Source: an archaeon 13_2_20CM_2_53_6 (GTDB lineage: Archaea; Thermoproteota; Bathyarchaeia; 40CM-2-53-6). From it: DNA of 62,792 nt. Each line of letters starts with the position of its first letter. The stretch's first letter is position 1. Below, one piece after another: positions 27,715 through 37,468 of this stretch. The stretch lies in contig MNDT01000010.1 of assembly GCA_001915065.1 (NCBI GenBank), positions 1 to 62,792 on the forward strand. The letters are read 5' to 3'. The notes beneath the pieces are model-generated. The model searched no databases and was not told the origin of the DNA. It worked only from the letters and a program-made list of their open reading frames with translations. The position numbers and the translations under genes were made by a program.

Positions 27715-28704
27715 TTTGTACAGCTCGTCCTGTGGGACCGGTTGCAAATCGGATTTCTCCCCGTTAATTGAATAGTGGCGGCCTTCGGCAATAGGCGTGA
27801 TTGTCCCGATTAATGATGCGCCAACTCGGAGTTTTCTCAACGCCTTGACCACTCTATCAACATGCCTGGGATCCACGACCGTTAGCAGACAACCAGAACT
27901 CATGAGCTTCAAAGGATCCAGCCTTAGCCTCGAACAAATCATCAATGTCTCCTTGGCAACAGGAATCTTGTCAGCCCAGACCTCTACTCCCAAGTGAGAC
28001 GCTTCGCCCAACTCCCAGCTTGCATTCAGGATCCCTCCCTCAGTAGGATCGTGAATCAACCGAACTCCAGGAACCTTCGCGATAGTTAGAGCCTCCTTTA
28101 CCACGCTGATCTGACTCGAGAACCTCCTAGCCCTCCGCAAGGCCTCTGGGGGAATCTGTTTTAGTCGATGCGCGTAGTCGGAAGCCAGAATCGCGGTCCC
28201 TTCTATGCCGGCGGTCTTTGTAAGAACAATCATGTCTCCGACACGAATATCCTCGGCCCGAAAGACCCTTCCCCTCCTCTCACCGATCATGAAGCCAGCG
28301 ATTATCGGCCTGTCGAGACCCCGAGTCGCCTCTGTGTGGCCTCGTGCAACAGTGATTCCCAATCTCCTAGACGCCCGGTCTATTCCTTTCATAATATCTG
28401 AGAGGATTTTCTCACTCGATCCGGCTGGAAGCAGAATTGTGCACATGTACCAGACCGGTTTTGCACCCGCGGTTGCAATGTCGTTGGCGTTGACCTCTAC
28501 GGAGTGTTCTCCTATTCGAGTGCTGGTTCCAGTTATTGGGTCAGTCGTGAGTATCAGAATCGGATCATATCTAACCGCGGCGATATCTCTGCCAATCCCT
28601 GGTCCAATGAGTAGCCTCGGGTTCCGTCTACCGACGTGGGAATAGACTATCCTGACAAGCGCTTCGGGTGGAATCTTTCCGACCTCAAAGGACCGAGCTG
28701 GCAT
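27706..28704 (-). CDS. AIR-synthase-related protein (PurM/ThiL/HypE/SelD superfamily)
   Basis: 332 aa. DIAAV...LTTDPITG...AGAKPVWYMCTILLP...GHTE pattern typical of the PurM-like N and C domains. Confidence 0.65.
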   Translation of the reverse strand: MPARSFEVGKIPPEALVRIVYSHVGRRNPRLLIGPGIGRDIAAVRYDPILILTTDPITGTSTRIGEHSVEVNANDIATAGAKPVWYMCTILLPAGSSEKILSDIMKGIDRASRRLGITVARGHTEATRGLDRPIIAGFMIGERRGRVFRAEDIRVGDMIVLTKTAGIEGTAILASDYAHRLKQIPPEALRRARRFSSQISVVKEALTIAKVPGVRLIHDPTEGGILNASWELGEASHLGVEVWADKIPVAKETLMICSRLRLDPLKLMSSGCLLTVVDPRHVDRVVKALRKLRVGASLIGTITPIAEGRHYSINGEKSDLQPVPQDELYKLA

Positions 28705-28851
28705 CTTTTGACGTCGCTGCCCTTCCGATCAGGCTCGGGTATCTAAATGCTGAATCTAAGAAGCGAAGCGAACGGACGCTCAAGAAGCATGAGTTATTGG
28801 CGTTTCGGGTTAGATAGAACGTGGCGGCCGCGCACGCCATGTCAGCTTGGG

Positions 28852-28946
28852 CTTTAGAAAAAAGAATTCTTGGTTTTTTCTATGCGCTGTTTTTTCGCGA
28901 TCCCGTTTTCGACAGCTACGATTTTCTGGAGGAAAGAGGGTGAAAA
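28852..28946. repeat. Right copy of the ~95-nt inverted repeat (partner at 2088..2180)
   Basis: ctttagaaaaaagaattcttggttttttctatgcgctgttttttcgcgatcccgttttcgacagctacgattttctggaggaaagagggtgaaaa aligns with the reverse complement of 2088..2180. Confidence 0.7.
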
Positions 28947-29078
28947 AGGTTGTTCCTTCCGCATGGTACACGAGTGGAGTGTCTGGAGTGAACAATGTCT
29001 TTGGGTAAGTTGCCGGACGGGATTGCTTGAATCAGAGGCCGTTCGTAGTTTAGGAAAACGAAGGTGGGCGTCGGTCAG

Positions 29079-29573
29079 CTAGCCTTTGAGGGCTTTGAAG
29101 ACCTCTTCAGCCTTCGAGGTGCTAACCAGTTTTACCGTAATCGGGTCTTTCGAGCCGTTTAGCCGAATCCTGAGTACAGCGATACCGAGCCTCCACCATG
29201 CTACAACCAGCGCTGCAATAATGATGATTAGTCCTGCCATGAGGCTGAGGTCGTATGGAAAGATGGACAGCGGCAGCCGTTGAGCCGTAGGGAACCACCA
29301 TATCAGGAAACTGCCTATTGCTCCGAGGACTGCGAAAGTCAGTGGAGGGATTAGGCTCTTGGTGATCAGTTCTAGAGTGTTGATGTTGGATGTTGGCACG
29401 TTCATGAAGTTCTCTCCCATCGCAAACCTCTTGCCCACTAGAAGCCGGGATTCTGTCACGTAGACCTGGTAGTTGACGCCGGCGCAGTGGGCTAAAATGT
29501 TCTCCGGGCCAACCAGGCGTTGTAGATTGGTCAAGTCCTCTGGAGAGGAATCTACAATTTTGCGTTTTACCAT
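29079..29573 (-). CDS. Membrane protein with a PH-like (bPH/YdbT-like) N-terminal region (hypothetical)
   Basis: Internal ATG at 29573 (MVKRKIVDSS...). Two TM helices (LIPPLTFAVLGAIGSFLIWWF, LMAGLIIIIAALVVAWW). Confidence 0.45.
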   Translation of the reverse strand: MVKRKIVDSSPEDLTNLQRLVGPENILAHCAGVNYQVYVTESRLLVGKRFAMGENFMNVPTSNINTLELITKSLIPPLTFAVLGAIGSFLIWWFPTAQRLPLSIFPYDLSLMAGLIIIIAALVVAWWRLGIAVLRIRLNGSKDPITVKLVSTSKAEEVFKALKG

Positions 29574-29676
29574 CGTGTAACTCTCACCCCACACACTCAC
29601 GAACAGCCGAGTCGCTGGTCGAATTGATCGAAGTACTCTCTGGGTGCGACTGTCCACGCGAGTCGACCCTCTCTCC

Positions 29677-30297
29677 TCATCCTCTCTTCGGCTTCAATTG
29701 TCTCTCAAACACTCGGCCGTTGGGCTCCTCTTCGGCAAAAACTTGGCCTTGGAAACGTGAGACCCGTAGGCTCCCCGTAAGCCACGCATCGGGGGGCAGA
29801 TCGGCCTTCAGGCAGCAATGGGAGAGAAATTCCTCGCTGTCGAATCCCTCGTCGACGGCTACCTGGGGCAGCAGCAATCCATGACTACCCATCCCCTCGA
29901 CCATCAGTCCGTCCCGACCTACGGTTATGTTCTCTCTCAGATCGAGAGGATTCCTAACCCAGAGGGGTTCTAGCGTCGAGAGCACAGTGGCTTCGATTGT
30001 AATCCTGTTCCTCAATTCGTCTAGGGTTAGAGGCCTAAAACGAAAATCGGTGGTCGCGGCTTCGACCCCTGCGAGCCTTACCTGTTCTAGCAGGGGACGC
30101 GTTGGAAGAGGAATCCCGATGCAACCTCTCAGACCATTGCCCCTCGAATGATCGAGGAGGGTCACGAAGACCCCTCTCTCCTCATTGAGTCTGCGACCCA
30201 CATTGGACGGGCTGGGAGTCTCGACTCCCGACAGATGCGATTCTATGGCTACGCGTCCAGCTTTGACCAGCACTTCGCCTTCTTCTAGGGTCAGCAT
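29677..30297 (-). CDS. AMMECR1-domain protein
   Basis: Internal ATG at 30297 (MLTLEEGEVLVKAGR...). Conserved LRGCIG motif. Confidence 0.75.
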   Translation of the reverse strand: MLTLEEGEVLVKAGRVAIESHLSGVETPSPSNVGRRLNEERGVFVTLLDHSRGNGLRGCIGIPLPTRPLLEQVRLAGVEAATTDFRFRPLTLDELRNRITIEATVLSTLEPLWVRNPLDLRENITVGRDGLMVEGMGSHGLLLPQVAVDEGFDSEEFLSHCCLKADLPPDAWLTGSLRVSRFQGQVFAEEEPNGRVFERQLKPKRG

Positions 30298-30788
30298 CTG
30301 GTTGCTCGCTCCGGTGATGCTATCCTTTGCGCTTCTTGCAGGCTGTGACGTATCTGTTTCCAGTGGCTTCCGACCCAATACGTTTTACCGCAGCCAGTAT
30401 TTGTGCATCTCCAAAACTTGTCGTAGAGTTTGAGGCTTTTGGCTGGGACAGTGTTGAGGGCTGATTCCCTTGAAATCTCCCGTAAATCAGATCCGCATTC
30501 TGGACATCTCGTCGTGGCCATATTGATCTCCAATGAGATGCCTAGCGTTTTCACTAGTTGTCCCAGCCGGACTTCTTCCTTTTCTCCTGTTACAAGAACC
30601 GAGTTAATGTTCTTGGCTCTTGCCCGGTTGTAGAGTTCCTCGTCTCTGGTTAGGAGGAACGCCTCTTGCCTCTTGGATAGTTCGAGCAGAGTATTGTCGT
30701 CGGCTTTTGAGTCATATTCAGTCTCGTATCCTAGCATTCTGAGCCAGCGCGCTAGCCCACCTAACATTCCGTCGACTACAAATCTCAA
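30291..30788 (-). CDS. Mut7-C RNase-domain (DUF82) protein with a C-terminal zinc ribbon
   Basis: 165 aa. MRFVVDGMLGGLARWLRMLGYE...LLTRD...CPECG...CTNTGCGKTYWVGSHW. Confidence 0.75.
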   Translation of the reverse strand: MRFVVDGMLGGLARWLRMLGYETEYDSKADDNTLLELSKRQEAFLLTRDEELYNRARAKNINSVLVTGEKEEVRLGQLVKTLGISLEINMATTRCPECGSDLREISRESALNTVPAKSLKLYDKFWRCTNTGCGKTYWVGSHWKQIRHSLQEAQRIASPERATRC

Positions 30789-32143
30789 CTGGAGAAGCTG
30801 CTCCGCAACACTTGGCCACAGCCCTCTCTCCCGAGCATCTCCCCGTCGTGATAGACGAGTCTGCCACTGACTATCGTAGAGACTAATGCGCCCTTCGTAG
30901 TCATCCCATCAAATGGTGAAAACTTGGCTTTCGAGAAAAACTTGCTAGAATCGATTCGAGATCTCTTCTTCAGATCAACCAGAATCACGTCGCCATCGTA
31001 CCCGGGGCGAAGCTTTGCTTTTGACCGAAGCCCGAATATTCTGGCCGGATTATCGGCCAAGAGTTTGAGGAGGAGTGAGAGGTTCAGTTTTCCTTTGCTG
31101 ACCAGCGTCAGCATTAATGGCAACTCTGTCTCCAGTCCCGGAACCCCTGGCAGGCTGTTGCCTGGTTGTCGTTCCTTCTCTCCAACAGTGTGGGGGGCGT
31201 GATCGCTGGCGACTACATCCGAGGCACCGGAGCAAGTGGCCGATAGAAGGCGCCGCCTTTCGGCCTCCGACCTCAAGGGGGGCACCATCCATGCTTTCCA
31301 GCCGACCTTCTCCAAGACTCCCTGTGATAGCCACAAGTGATGAGGGGTGACCTCACTCGTGAAACTGGAAGATTCTGCGGCGATCTTGTCCAGGCTCGAT
31401 TTGAGAGTCAGGTGACAGAAGTGGACCTTGCACCCAGTCTGTCTCTGGATCCTAACGATCCTTTCCACGGCCCTTGTTTCGAAGATCGGCGGGCGACCAT
31501 CGGCTAGCTGTCGGAAACTGTCTATCGCGGGTGTCTCATTGCGAGACACAATGTCTTCAGCGTGAACCGTTACGGGGATTCTTGCCTCCCTTGCATCATT
31601 CATCAACTGGCGTATCTGAGCATCATCTTCCACATTGAACGGTGCGATGGGCTTTGGCATGTATAATTTGAGCGAGAAGGCCCCCGCTCGGGCTAGCGCT
31701 TGTGTCGTCTTGGCCTCAGGTACGGCCGCAACATGAAACCCGATGTTGACGCGCGCTTTCTTGGAGGCTTCTCTCTCTTTTTCCACTAGTCTTCGAGGTG
31801 TATCGGTGGGCGGTAGAGTGTTTGGCATATCCAGTACTGTGGTGAATCCTCCGGCCGCGGCGGCTGCAGTGCCAGTGGCAAAATCCTCCTTGTACGCTAG
31901 CCCCATGTCCCGCAGGTGCACGTGGACGTCGATAAGACCAGGCAGAGCGCACAAACCGGACGCGTCGATTGCTTCATGGCTTCCGGCGTCTGTTCTGCGA
32001 GACGTCTTCTTGATCCTGCCTTCTTCTATGAGGATCGAGCCTCTCGTGAACCCGTGTCCAGTCCAGATGTTTGCATCCTTGACCAGAATATTCTGGTCTT
32101 CCAAGTCTGGGTTTGAGTCAGCTCTCTTCTTCCGCGGAGCCAA
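30785..32143 (-). CDS. pyrC: Dihydroorotase-like cyclic amidohydrolase
   Basis: 452 aa. PGLIDVHVHLRD (HxH), KEDFATGTAAAAAGGFTTVLDMPNT, and later VASDHAPH. Confidence 0.7.
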   Translation of the reverse strand: MAPRKKRADSNPDLEDQNILVKDANIWTGHGFTRGSILIEEGRIKKTSRRTDAGSHEAIDASGLCALPGLIDVHVHLRDMGLAYKEDFATGTAAAAAGGFTTVLDMPNTLPPTDTPRRLVEKEREASKKARVNIGFHVAAVPEAKTTQALARAGAFSLKLYMPKPIAPFNVEDDAQIRQLMNDAREARIPVTVHAEDIVSRNETPAIDSFRQLADGRPPIFETRAVERIVRIQRQTGCKVHFCHLTLKSSLDKIAAESSSFTSEVTPHHLWLSQGVLEKVGWKAWMVPPLRSEAERRRLLSATCSGASDVVASDHAPHTVGEKERQPGNSLPGVPGLETELPLMLTLVSKGKLNLSLLLKLLADNPARIFGLRSKAKLRPGYDGDVILVDLKKRSRIDSSKFFSKAKFSPFDGMTTKGALVSTIVSGRLVYHDGEMLGREGCGQVLRSSFSS

Positions 32144-32798
32144 GTTCCTTCGCGCAGTCCTGGCAGAGGAAGATGCCGTCTTTCTGAACTAGGCTATCTG
32201 ACCACATTTCACATTCGTCGCAGTAGCCAGATAGGTTCGACCGACTAGGACGGGGTCTCGCCACGCCGACCCTGGTCTTCTCCGAGGCGAGATCGATTAT
32301 TGCCGGCGTCACTTCCAGAATGTCCTTCATTGTCAAGACCCCGGAAAGTCTTCCGTCCTCGATAACCGCGAGTCTTCTGACTTTCTGATGGTTCATGAGT
32401 TTCGCAGCCTCTGTCACAGTCGCCTTGGACTGGATCGTGATTACTGGTTTGGACATCGAATCGGCCACTGTCACTTTGGAGGGCAAGAGATTCTTGGCCG
32501 CGATCCTCTGGACGATGTCTCGCTCCGTGACTATCCCGACTGTCTCTCCCTTCTTGCCGGAGACAAGGACGCAGCCGATGTTGTGTTTGGCCATTAGCTT
32601 GGCCACATCTGCGGCCGTGTCCGACTCTTTCACCGTGATGACGGGCCGAGACATGATGTCTCTTACAACCACTTCCTCCGGCTCTGTCTCGTGCACCGAC
32701 AAGGGCAGTAACCGCAGCGACCCGACTTGTATAAAATCTTCGTGCGAGTCTGACGCTGCTCTCCGGCAAAACGTTATCAGCATCCAGAGTGTTGGCAC
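32118..32798 (-). CDS. CBS-pair domain protein with a C-terminal zinc ribbon
   Basis: Two CBS motifs (VRDIMSRPVITV...GCVLV...GIVTERDI; ADSMSKPVITI...RRLAVIEDGRLSGVLTMKDI) followed by CDEC...CQDC. The true start is probably internal. Confidence 0.7.
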   Translation of the reverse strand: MPTLWMLITFCRRAASDSHEDFIQVGSLRLLPLSVHETEPEEVVVRDIMSRPVITVKESDTAADVAKLMAKHNIGCVLVSGKKGETVGIVTERDIVQRIAAKNLLPSKVTVADSMSKPVITIQSKATVTEAAKLMNHQKVRRLAVIEDGRLSGVLTMKDILEVTPAIIDLASEKTRVGVARPRPSRSNLSGYCDECEMWSDSLVQKDGIFLCQDCAKELGSAEEES

Positions 32799-33175
32799 TC
32801 TTCCGAGCCTTGTCTAGCGCGGGGTCCAACTTGGCGGTCCAGACTTCGAGGGAGGTCAGGCCGAGTCGTTTCGCTCTGCCTCCGACCTCGATTGTTTACT
32901 GGCTACGTCTAGGCTTCGGCGTCCTCGCGGGGGTTGTCTACAACATAGTCGGATTTGGACAAGGAGGGGTAATTCTCGGAACTCTTGCTCTGATCAGTGT
33001 CGGAATCGGCATATACGCTGTCTCGGTGATACTCGTCAAGAACATTCTAGGCTATGGACCCGACGAGTTAAAGGGTCCGAACAAGCATGTTACTCTGGGA
33101 ATGGGTTCCTATATCATCTGGATGATTTTCACGACGATTCTGCTAAATACTGTGTTAAACCCTCATCCTTCTTAG
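32789..33175 (+). CDS. Small multi-TM membrane protein (hypothetical)
   Basis: 128-aa track ORF with three hydrophobic helices. Confidence 0.4.
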   Translation: MLALFRALSSAGSNLAVQTSREVRPSRFALPPTSIVYWLRLGFGVLAGVVYNIVGFGQGGVILGTLALISVGIGIYAVSVILVKNILGYGPDELKGPNKHVTLGMGSYIIWMIFTTILLNTVLNPHPS

Positions 33176-33587
33176 CCTCTTCCATCTTTTCCCCTAGTTC
33201 TGGCGGAGTTACTGGGCTGGGAGGTCCTCCCGTCTTTAGCGCAGACAGGACCGTGACGTAGTCTTCTAGTGCCTTAAAGAATCCCCGATCATATTCTCCA
33301 TGTATCTCGTTCGAAGCGAACTTCTCGAACTCTTCTCGGAGCTGCTTTATCGACTCTTCCGTCCGGTTTGCTAGAGCCCGTGGTAGATAGATGTACTTGT
33401 CATCATTACTCTTGTAAGTGAGGAGTAGTCCTTCTAGGGCCTTGACGTACCCCTTGTACCATGCGGTATTCTGTGCCTTCTGACGGATCGTATCGAGCTC
33501 CTTCTCGGCGTCTGTCCAGGCGCGCGTCTCAACGTTTTGGAAGTACCGGTTGACCGTGTCTTTCGGTATAGGATTTTCCGGTTTCAC
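33129..33587 (-). CDS. Hypothetical protein translationally coupled to radA
   Basis: 152 aa. The GTG start overlaps the radA stop (GTGA at 33587..33584). Helical, charged sequence with no motif recognised. Confidence 0.5.
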   Translation of the reverse strand: MKPENPIPKDTVNRYFQNVETRAWTDAEKELDTIRQKAQNTAWYKGYVKALEGLLLTYKSNDDKYIYLPRALANRTEESIKQLREEFEKFASNEIHGEYDRGFFKALEDYVTVLSALKTGGPPSPVTPPELGEKMEEAKKDEGLTQYLAESS

Positions 33588-34573
33588 CGGCGCCGTTTGA
33601 CCTCGTCCTCCTCGGACACGTCAACAATGCCAGTCTCCGTGACTTTGAATATTCTTTCACCTTCGGGAAGATATGGGCTGGATACAAGGCGTGCGATCCT
33701 TATTGGACCGCTGGCTGCTCGTCTGAGGAAGACCCGCGTGTGACTTGTGTGCGCTACGATGTGGCCTCCTACAGCGTCTACTTGGTTGGCGAAGAACTGG
33801 TCCGGCTTGGCCATGACCTGGTTGGTTACTATGGCGACGGCGTTGAATCCCCTCGCAAGCCGTATGAGACGGTGCATGTGGTTGTTCAGCCGTTGCTGCC
33901 GCTCGGCGAGCATCTCCCGCCCGAGATATTCGCTTCGGAAGTGAGATGTTAGCGAATCGATTATTATTACGCGGATATTGTTGTCTTTGATTATCTGGTC
34001 GGCTTTTTCCAGTAGGAGCATCTGGTGATCTGAATTGTATGCCTCGGAATAGATTATCCTTGACGCCGCATCGATGGCCTCCAACCCGGCGGACTTTGCC
34101 ATTCGCACGATCCATTCCGGACGAAAAGTCTGTTCCGTGTCCAGGTAGAGCGCGCCACCGTTCAAACCGCCCTTGTCCAATGGCAGTTGCACGTTGACTG
34201 CGAGCTGATGGCAGAGGACGGATTTTCCTACCCCATACTCGCCGTAGACTTCTGTAATCGTCTGCGTTTCTAGACCACCGCCGACGAGCTCGTCGAAGGC
34301 CTTGCTGCCAGTCGTAAGCCGTACGACGTTCGCTTTCATCTTCATCAGCTCGTCTGCTCTGATGAAAGAAAGCGAGATGCTGTCGCGGGCTATGCCGATG
34401 ATCTTGGCTGCCTGTTTCTCTCCGATCCCTGCCGGGACGAGCTCTCTCACTGTAGCGGCTGCGAGGCTTTCGATCGTATGGAAGCCCAGCTCTTTCAGCT
34501 TGTCAGCGGTGGATGGACCTACGCCAGGGAGGTCTTCTACAACCTCGTATTTTCGGACGGCTTCCTGACTCAC
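33584..34573 (-). CDS. radA: DNA repair and recombination protein RadA
   Basis: 329 aa. N-terminal HhH (LPGVGPSTADKLKELGFHTIESLA), Walker A GEYGVGKS, Walker B VIIIDSLTSHFR. Confidence 0.95.
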   Translation of the reverse strand: MSQEAVRKYEVVEDLPGVGPSTADKLKELGFHTIESLAAATVRELVPAGIGEKQAAKIIGIARDSISLSFIRADELMKMKANVVRLTTGSKAFDELVGGGLETQTITEVYGEYGVGKSVLCHQLAVNVQLPLDKGGLNGGALYLDTEQTFRPEWIVRMAKSAGLEAIDAASRIIYSEAYNSDHQMLLLEKADQIIKDNNIRVIIIDSLTSHFRSEYLGREMLAERQQRLNNHMHRLIRLARGFNAVAIVTNQVMAKPDQFFANQVDAVGGHIVAHTSHTRVFLRRAASGPIRIARLVSSPYLPEGERIFKVTETGIVDVSEEDEVKRRR

Positions 34574-34957
34574 CAGGTTTCACTCGAGACTATGGATCGA
34601 TCTCTACTCTGCGTCACTATTTAATCTGCGGCCAGACACCGGTCGGATTTAGCGGAGAGACGAATCCGAACCTAATCGTGTGCCAATGTTCCGCGTTTGA
34701 TGTTTCACCGGATACGCCATAGTCAACTATTACTTCTATGGAGAAAGAAGTCACTCCACAAAGGGACACCGACTGTTTTCTCTCGAATTTGACGCCCTTC
34801 TGCTGAGGGGTCTGGCCGAAACGAAGCCGATCTGGGGCTACCGCATGAAATTAACGTTGCTTGCTACGAAAGTAGCACATAACCAGTAACGGTTCGCGCT
34901 AGTTGCGTTGGGCACGTAGGGGAATTCACGCTCCTAGCTGGAAAGATTGGAGCGAGA

Positions 34958-35410
34958 TTAAACTCTGCCTGACTTCTTCGTCGCCGCGAAGTAAGCCTCT
35001 CGACTGAGAGCATCTGCTTCCTTGTTCTCTTCACGAGGTATCCATCTGAATTTGACTCTCTCAAACTGACTGGTTAGGCCTTTCGCCTCTTTGTATTCTT
35101 GGGCGTAGAGTCCCTTGTGAAACTTCCACTCGCCTTTCATTTGATTGACGAGAAGTCTGGAGTCACTCCTTATCTCGACGGGCAGCAGTGTCATCTTCTC
35201 CCTTATCAGATAACGGAGTGCTTCGCAGAGAGCCGCATACTCGGCCACGTTGTTGCTCATCCCCGTTCCCTTCCCCACAACCCCAGATTTCCTAGCAATA
35301 TCTCTGCCAGCATCGTTTCTAACGACGTAACCGTAGGTTGCCGTTCCCCCAGGATTCACGGGCTCGCAGAGTCCATCCACGTAGACCACAATCTCAGCAG
35401 TAGCACTCAC
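34958..35410 (-). CDS. rnhA: Ribonuclease HI (type 1 RNase H)
   Basis: 150 aa. VYVDG, NNVAEYAAL, IRSDSRLLVNQ and ENKEADALS fit the DEDD arrangement. Confidence 0.85.
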   Translation of the reverse strand: MSATAEIVVYVDGLCEPVNPGGTATYGYVVRNDAGRDIARKSGVVGKGTGMSNNVAEYAALCEALRYLIREKMTLLPVEIRSDSRLLVNQMKGEWKFHKGLYAQEYKEAKGLTSQFERVKFRWIPREENKEADALSREAYFAATKKSGRV

Positions 35411-35728
35411 CTCTGACTCCTTCTAGAATTTTGACCAATAACGGACAATGTATAAGGAGACACGAGGGGAAGGTCGACATCATGACCCCTTGCCCCCTGC
35501 TTCATCACTGAAAGAAATCAAAGGCATCTTCTCTAGAAGAACCTACTACCAATCAGCCAGGGTAATGCTCGCGCTGGTCCGCGCTGACATGTACGTTTGT
35601 CCCAAGTGTGGGCCACTACAACAGTTGGTCAACCAAGAGACTAGGGACAGGATGAAACGATCCGCCACCGGGAAACCTCCGAAGTAAAGAAGCGGTTCAC
35701 GATACAGACCTGTTCCGACTCGTTACTT

Positions 35729-36250
35729 TTGAGAGCGTTTGGGAGTAACTATCAAGAAAATAGGCTCAACAAATCTTGTGATCATGAACTCAGGCTACGA
35801 AGCCTAGAGATTGTAAAGAGGGAGAGGAAAGGAGTGCAGGCAAAAACGTCGGCCGGGTCGACCGTCACGTTGACAGAGAGTGGGATACTGCTCGAACACT
35901 CGGGACATTTTGGAATCAACAAGAACAACAAGGAGATTCCTTTCTCTTCAGTACGATCCATCAAGTTTGAGAAGCATCTAATCCGGAAGTTCTGGACTGT
36001 GACAACTCGCGAGGGGCCCTTCTACCTCGAAGCTGATACTAACAACAGCGATTTTATCGGAGAACTCAAGGCCAGGATCGCCCCCTACCAGGGCGCAACA
36101 GTGGTCATTCAGCCACAGCAGCCAGTGCAGCAATCAGTTGTTCGAGAGGTCACGACTCAGAAGGAAGTCGTCAAGCTACGCTGTTCACACTGTCGAACGC
36201 TAAATCTTGACACTAACCAGTCGTGCTCCAACTGCGGAGCGAGACTCTAG
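35729..36250 (+). CDS. PH-like + C-terminal zinc-ribbon protein (paralog of 42632..43252)
   Basis: 173 aa. ...ESGILLEHSG...IPFSSVRSIKFE... then REVTTQKEVVKLRCSHCRT...CSNCGARL. Same architecture and tail as the 206-aa ORF at 42.6 kb. Confidence 0.5.
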   Translation: MRAFGSNYQENRLNKSCDHELRLRSLEIVKRERKGVQAKTSAGSTVTLTESGILLEHSGHFGINKNNKEIPFSSVRSIKFEKHLIRKFWTVTTREGPFYLEADTNNSDFIGELKARIAPYQGATVVIQPQQPVQQSVVREVTTQKEVVKLRCSHCRTLNLDTNQSCSNCGARL

Positions 36251-36304
36251 GGACCGGGTTGAAGCTCTGATTATTATCCGAACCAACTTCTACTCATCGT
36301 CCAA

Positions 36305-36448
36305 ATGAAGCCCGATCCTGACCGCTGCAAGTGCCACTGTGGCTGCAAAAGGAAAGGCGCAGATGTCAAGGGTCTACAGGGCAACACGTATCGATTGGCC
36401 CTGTGTCGCGAGTGCTCGGAGAAGCACGAGCCGCGAAAACTCAGATAG
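36305..36448 (+). CDS. 47-aa Cys-rich ORF (DPDRCKCHCGC...LCRECSEKHE)
   Basis: ATG at 36305, TAG at 36446..36448. Below the track's apparent size cut-off (no listed ORF is under 60 aa). The related segment DPDRCGCHCGC recurs near 42454..42486. Confidence 0.3.
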   Translation: MKPDPDRCKCHCGCKRKGADVKGLQGNTYRLALCRECSEKHEPRKLR

Positions 36449-36895
36449 TATTTCGCTCCGACTCTTCTACCTAAGAGACCTTCTGAGCTAATCAGGCTTC
36501 GATGCCTTCTCTGGAAGACGACCTCCCATCGTGCGGCCGTGCCGAAATACTGGAATATCTGGCCAAGCTGAAGACGGCCGAAGAGTTTGCCGGGAGAATT
36601 CTTCGCCTTGGGACTAGCTACGACATGGTGCTGGTCACGGTACGCCGGAATGGCGATTCGCACGAGCAGACCTATCCGCTGGACAGGTGGGGGATTTATC
36701 CTACCAACGACTGTCTACGGTTCCAGCACGAGTTCCGAGTCAAACCGTACGGCAAGCTCCAGATAACCAAATGTAAACATTGATCCAAGATCCGACAGTC
36801 GTGACACAAACAGGCGAACGGGAATGGGCCATCTTTAGGTTTGCCAGAGATCACTTAAGGTAAAGCGTACCAGAGAAAAGGCGGTACCCTTTCGT

Positions 36896-37468
36896 TTGAG
36901 TGAGATTGACACCCTAATCGGAGTTGGAGGGACAATGGCAGGCACCCTTCTCGGTGTTGTCGTCACGCACCTCTTAGAACAGAGGGGTAGGGCCTACCAA
37001 AAGAGAGAGGACATCGCCTTTGGGCCTCTTCAAGATCGATACGAGGCCCTGAAAGCGACCTACCGTGTGATGGTGCGCTGTCACGTCTCAGTTTTTCAAA
37101 GAACCTTCTCCTACCCGAAGAGTAGGGAAGAATTCGAGAGAGACGTCCTCCAGCCAATAAGAGAGCTTTCCGAGACGATTAACATGAATGGAATGTGGTT
37201 GTCAAAGGTTCAGCCGGAGATTACCGGTGCTTACGAAGCCTATGTCAAAGCGGCCATAGGTATCCAACTCCGGACACCTGCTTACGCGAACACGATTCCA
37301 GAGCAGTCTCGTCCGCCATCAGGAAGCATGGATGTATCTCCGGATGTCTTGACAATGCACTTCACTAAGGCTGTCAAGGCCATGGGCGATGAGATGGGAG
37401 TTGAGCCACTAGAGAAAGGATTGGAGAATATCTTTCGTAGACTGAAGGAAAAACCCCCAGGAAGCTAG
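36896..37468 (+). CDS. Hypothetical protein with an N-terminal TM helix
   Basis: 190-aa track ORF. N-terminus LIGVGGTMAGTLLGVVVTHLL. Confidence 0.4.
   Translation: MSEIDTLIGVGGTMAGTLLGVVVTHLLEQRGRAYQKREDIAFGPLQDRYEALKATYRVMVRCHVSVFQRTFSYPKSREEFERDVLQPIRELSETINMNGMWLSKVQPEITGAYEAYVKAAIGIQLRTPAYANTIPEQSRPPSGSMDVSPDVLTMHFTKAVKAMGDEMGVEPLEKGLENIFRRLKEKPPGS

Noticed and set aside
33657-34115. 152-aa alternative-frame ORF inside radA, and the 194-aa ORF 32245..32829 inside the CBS gene.
   Set aside because: They are off-frame, Arg/Gly/Pro-rich translations fully embedded in genes with clear motifs.
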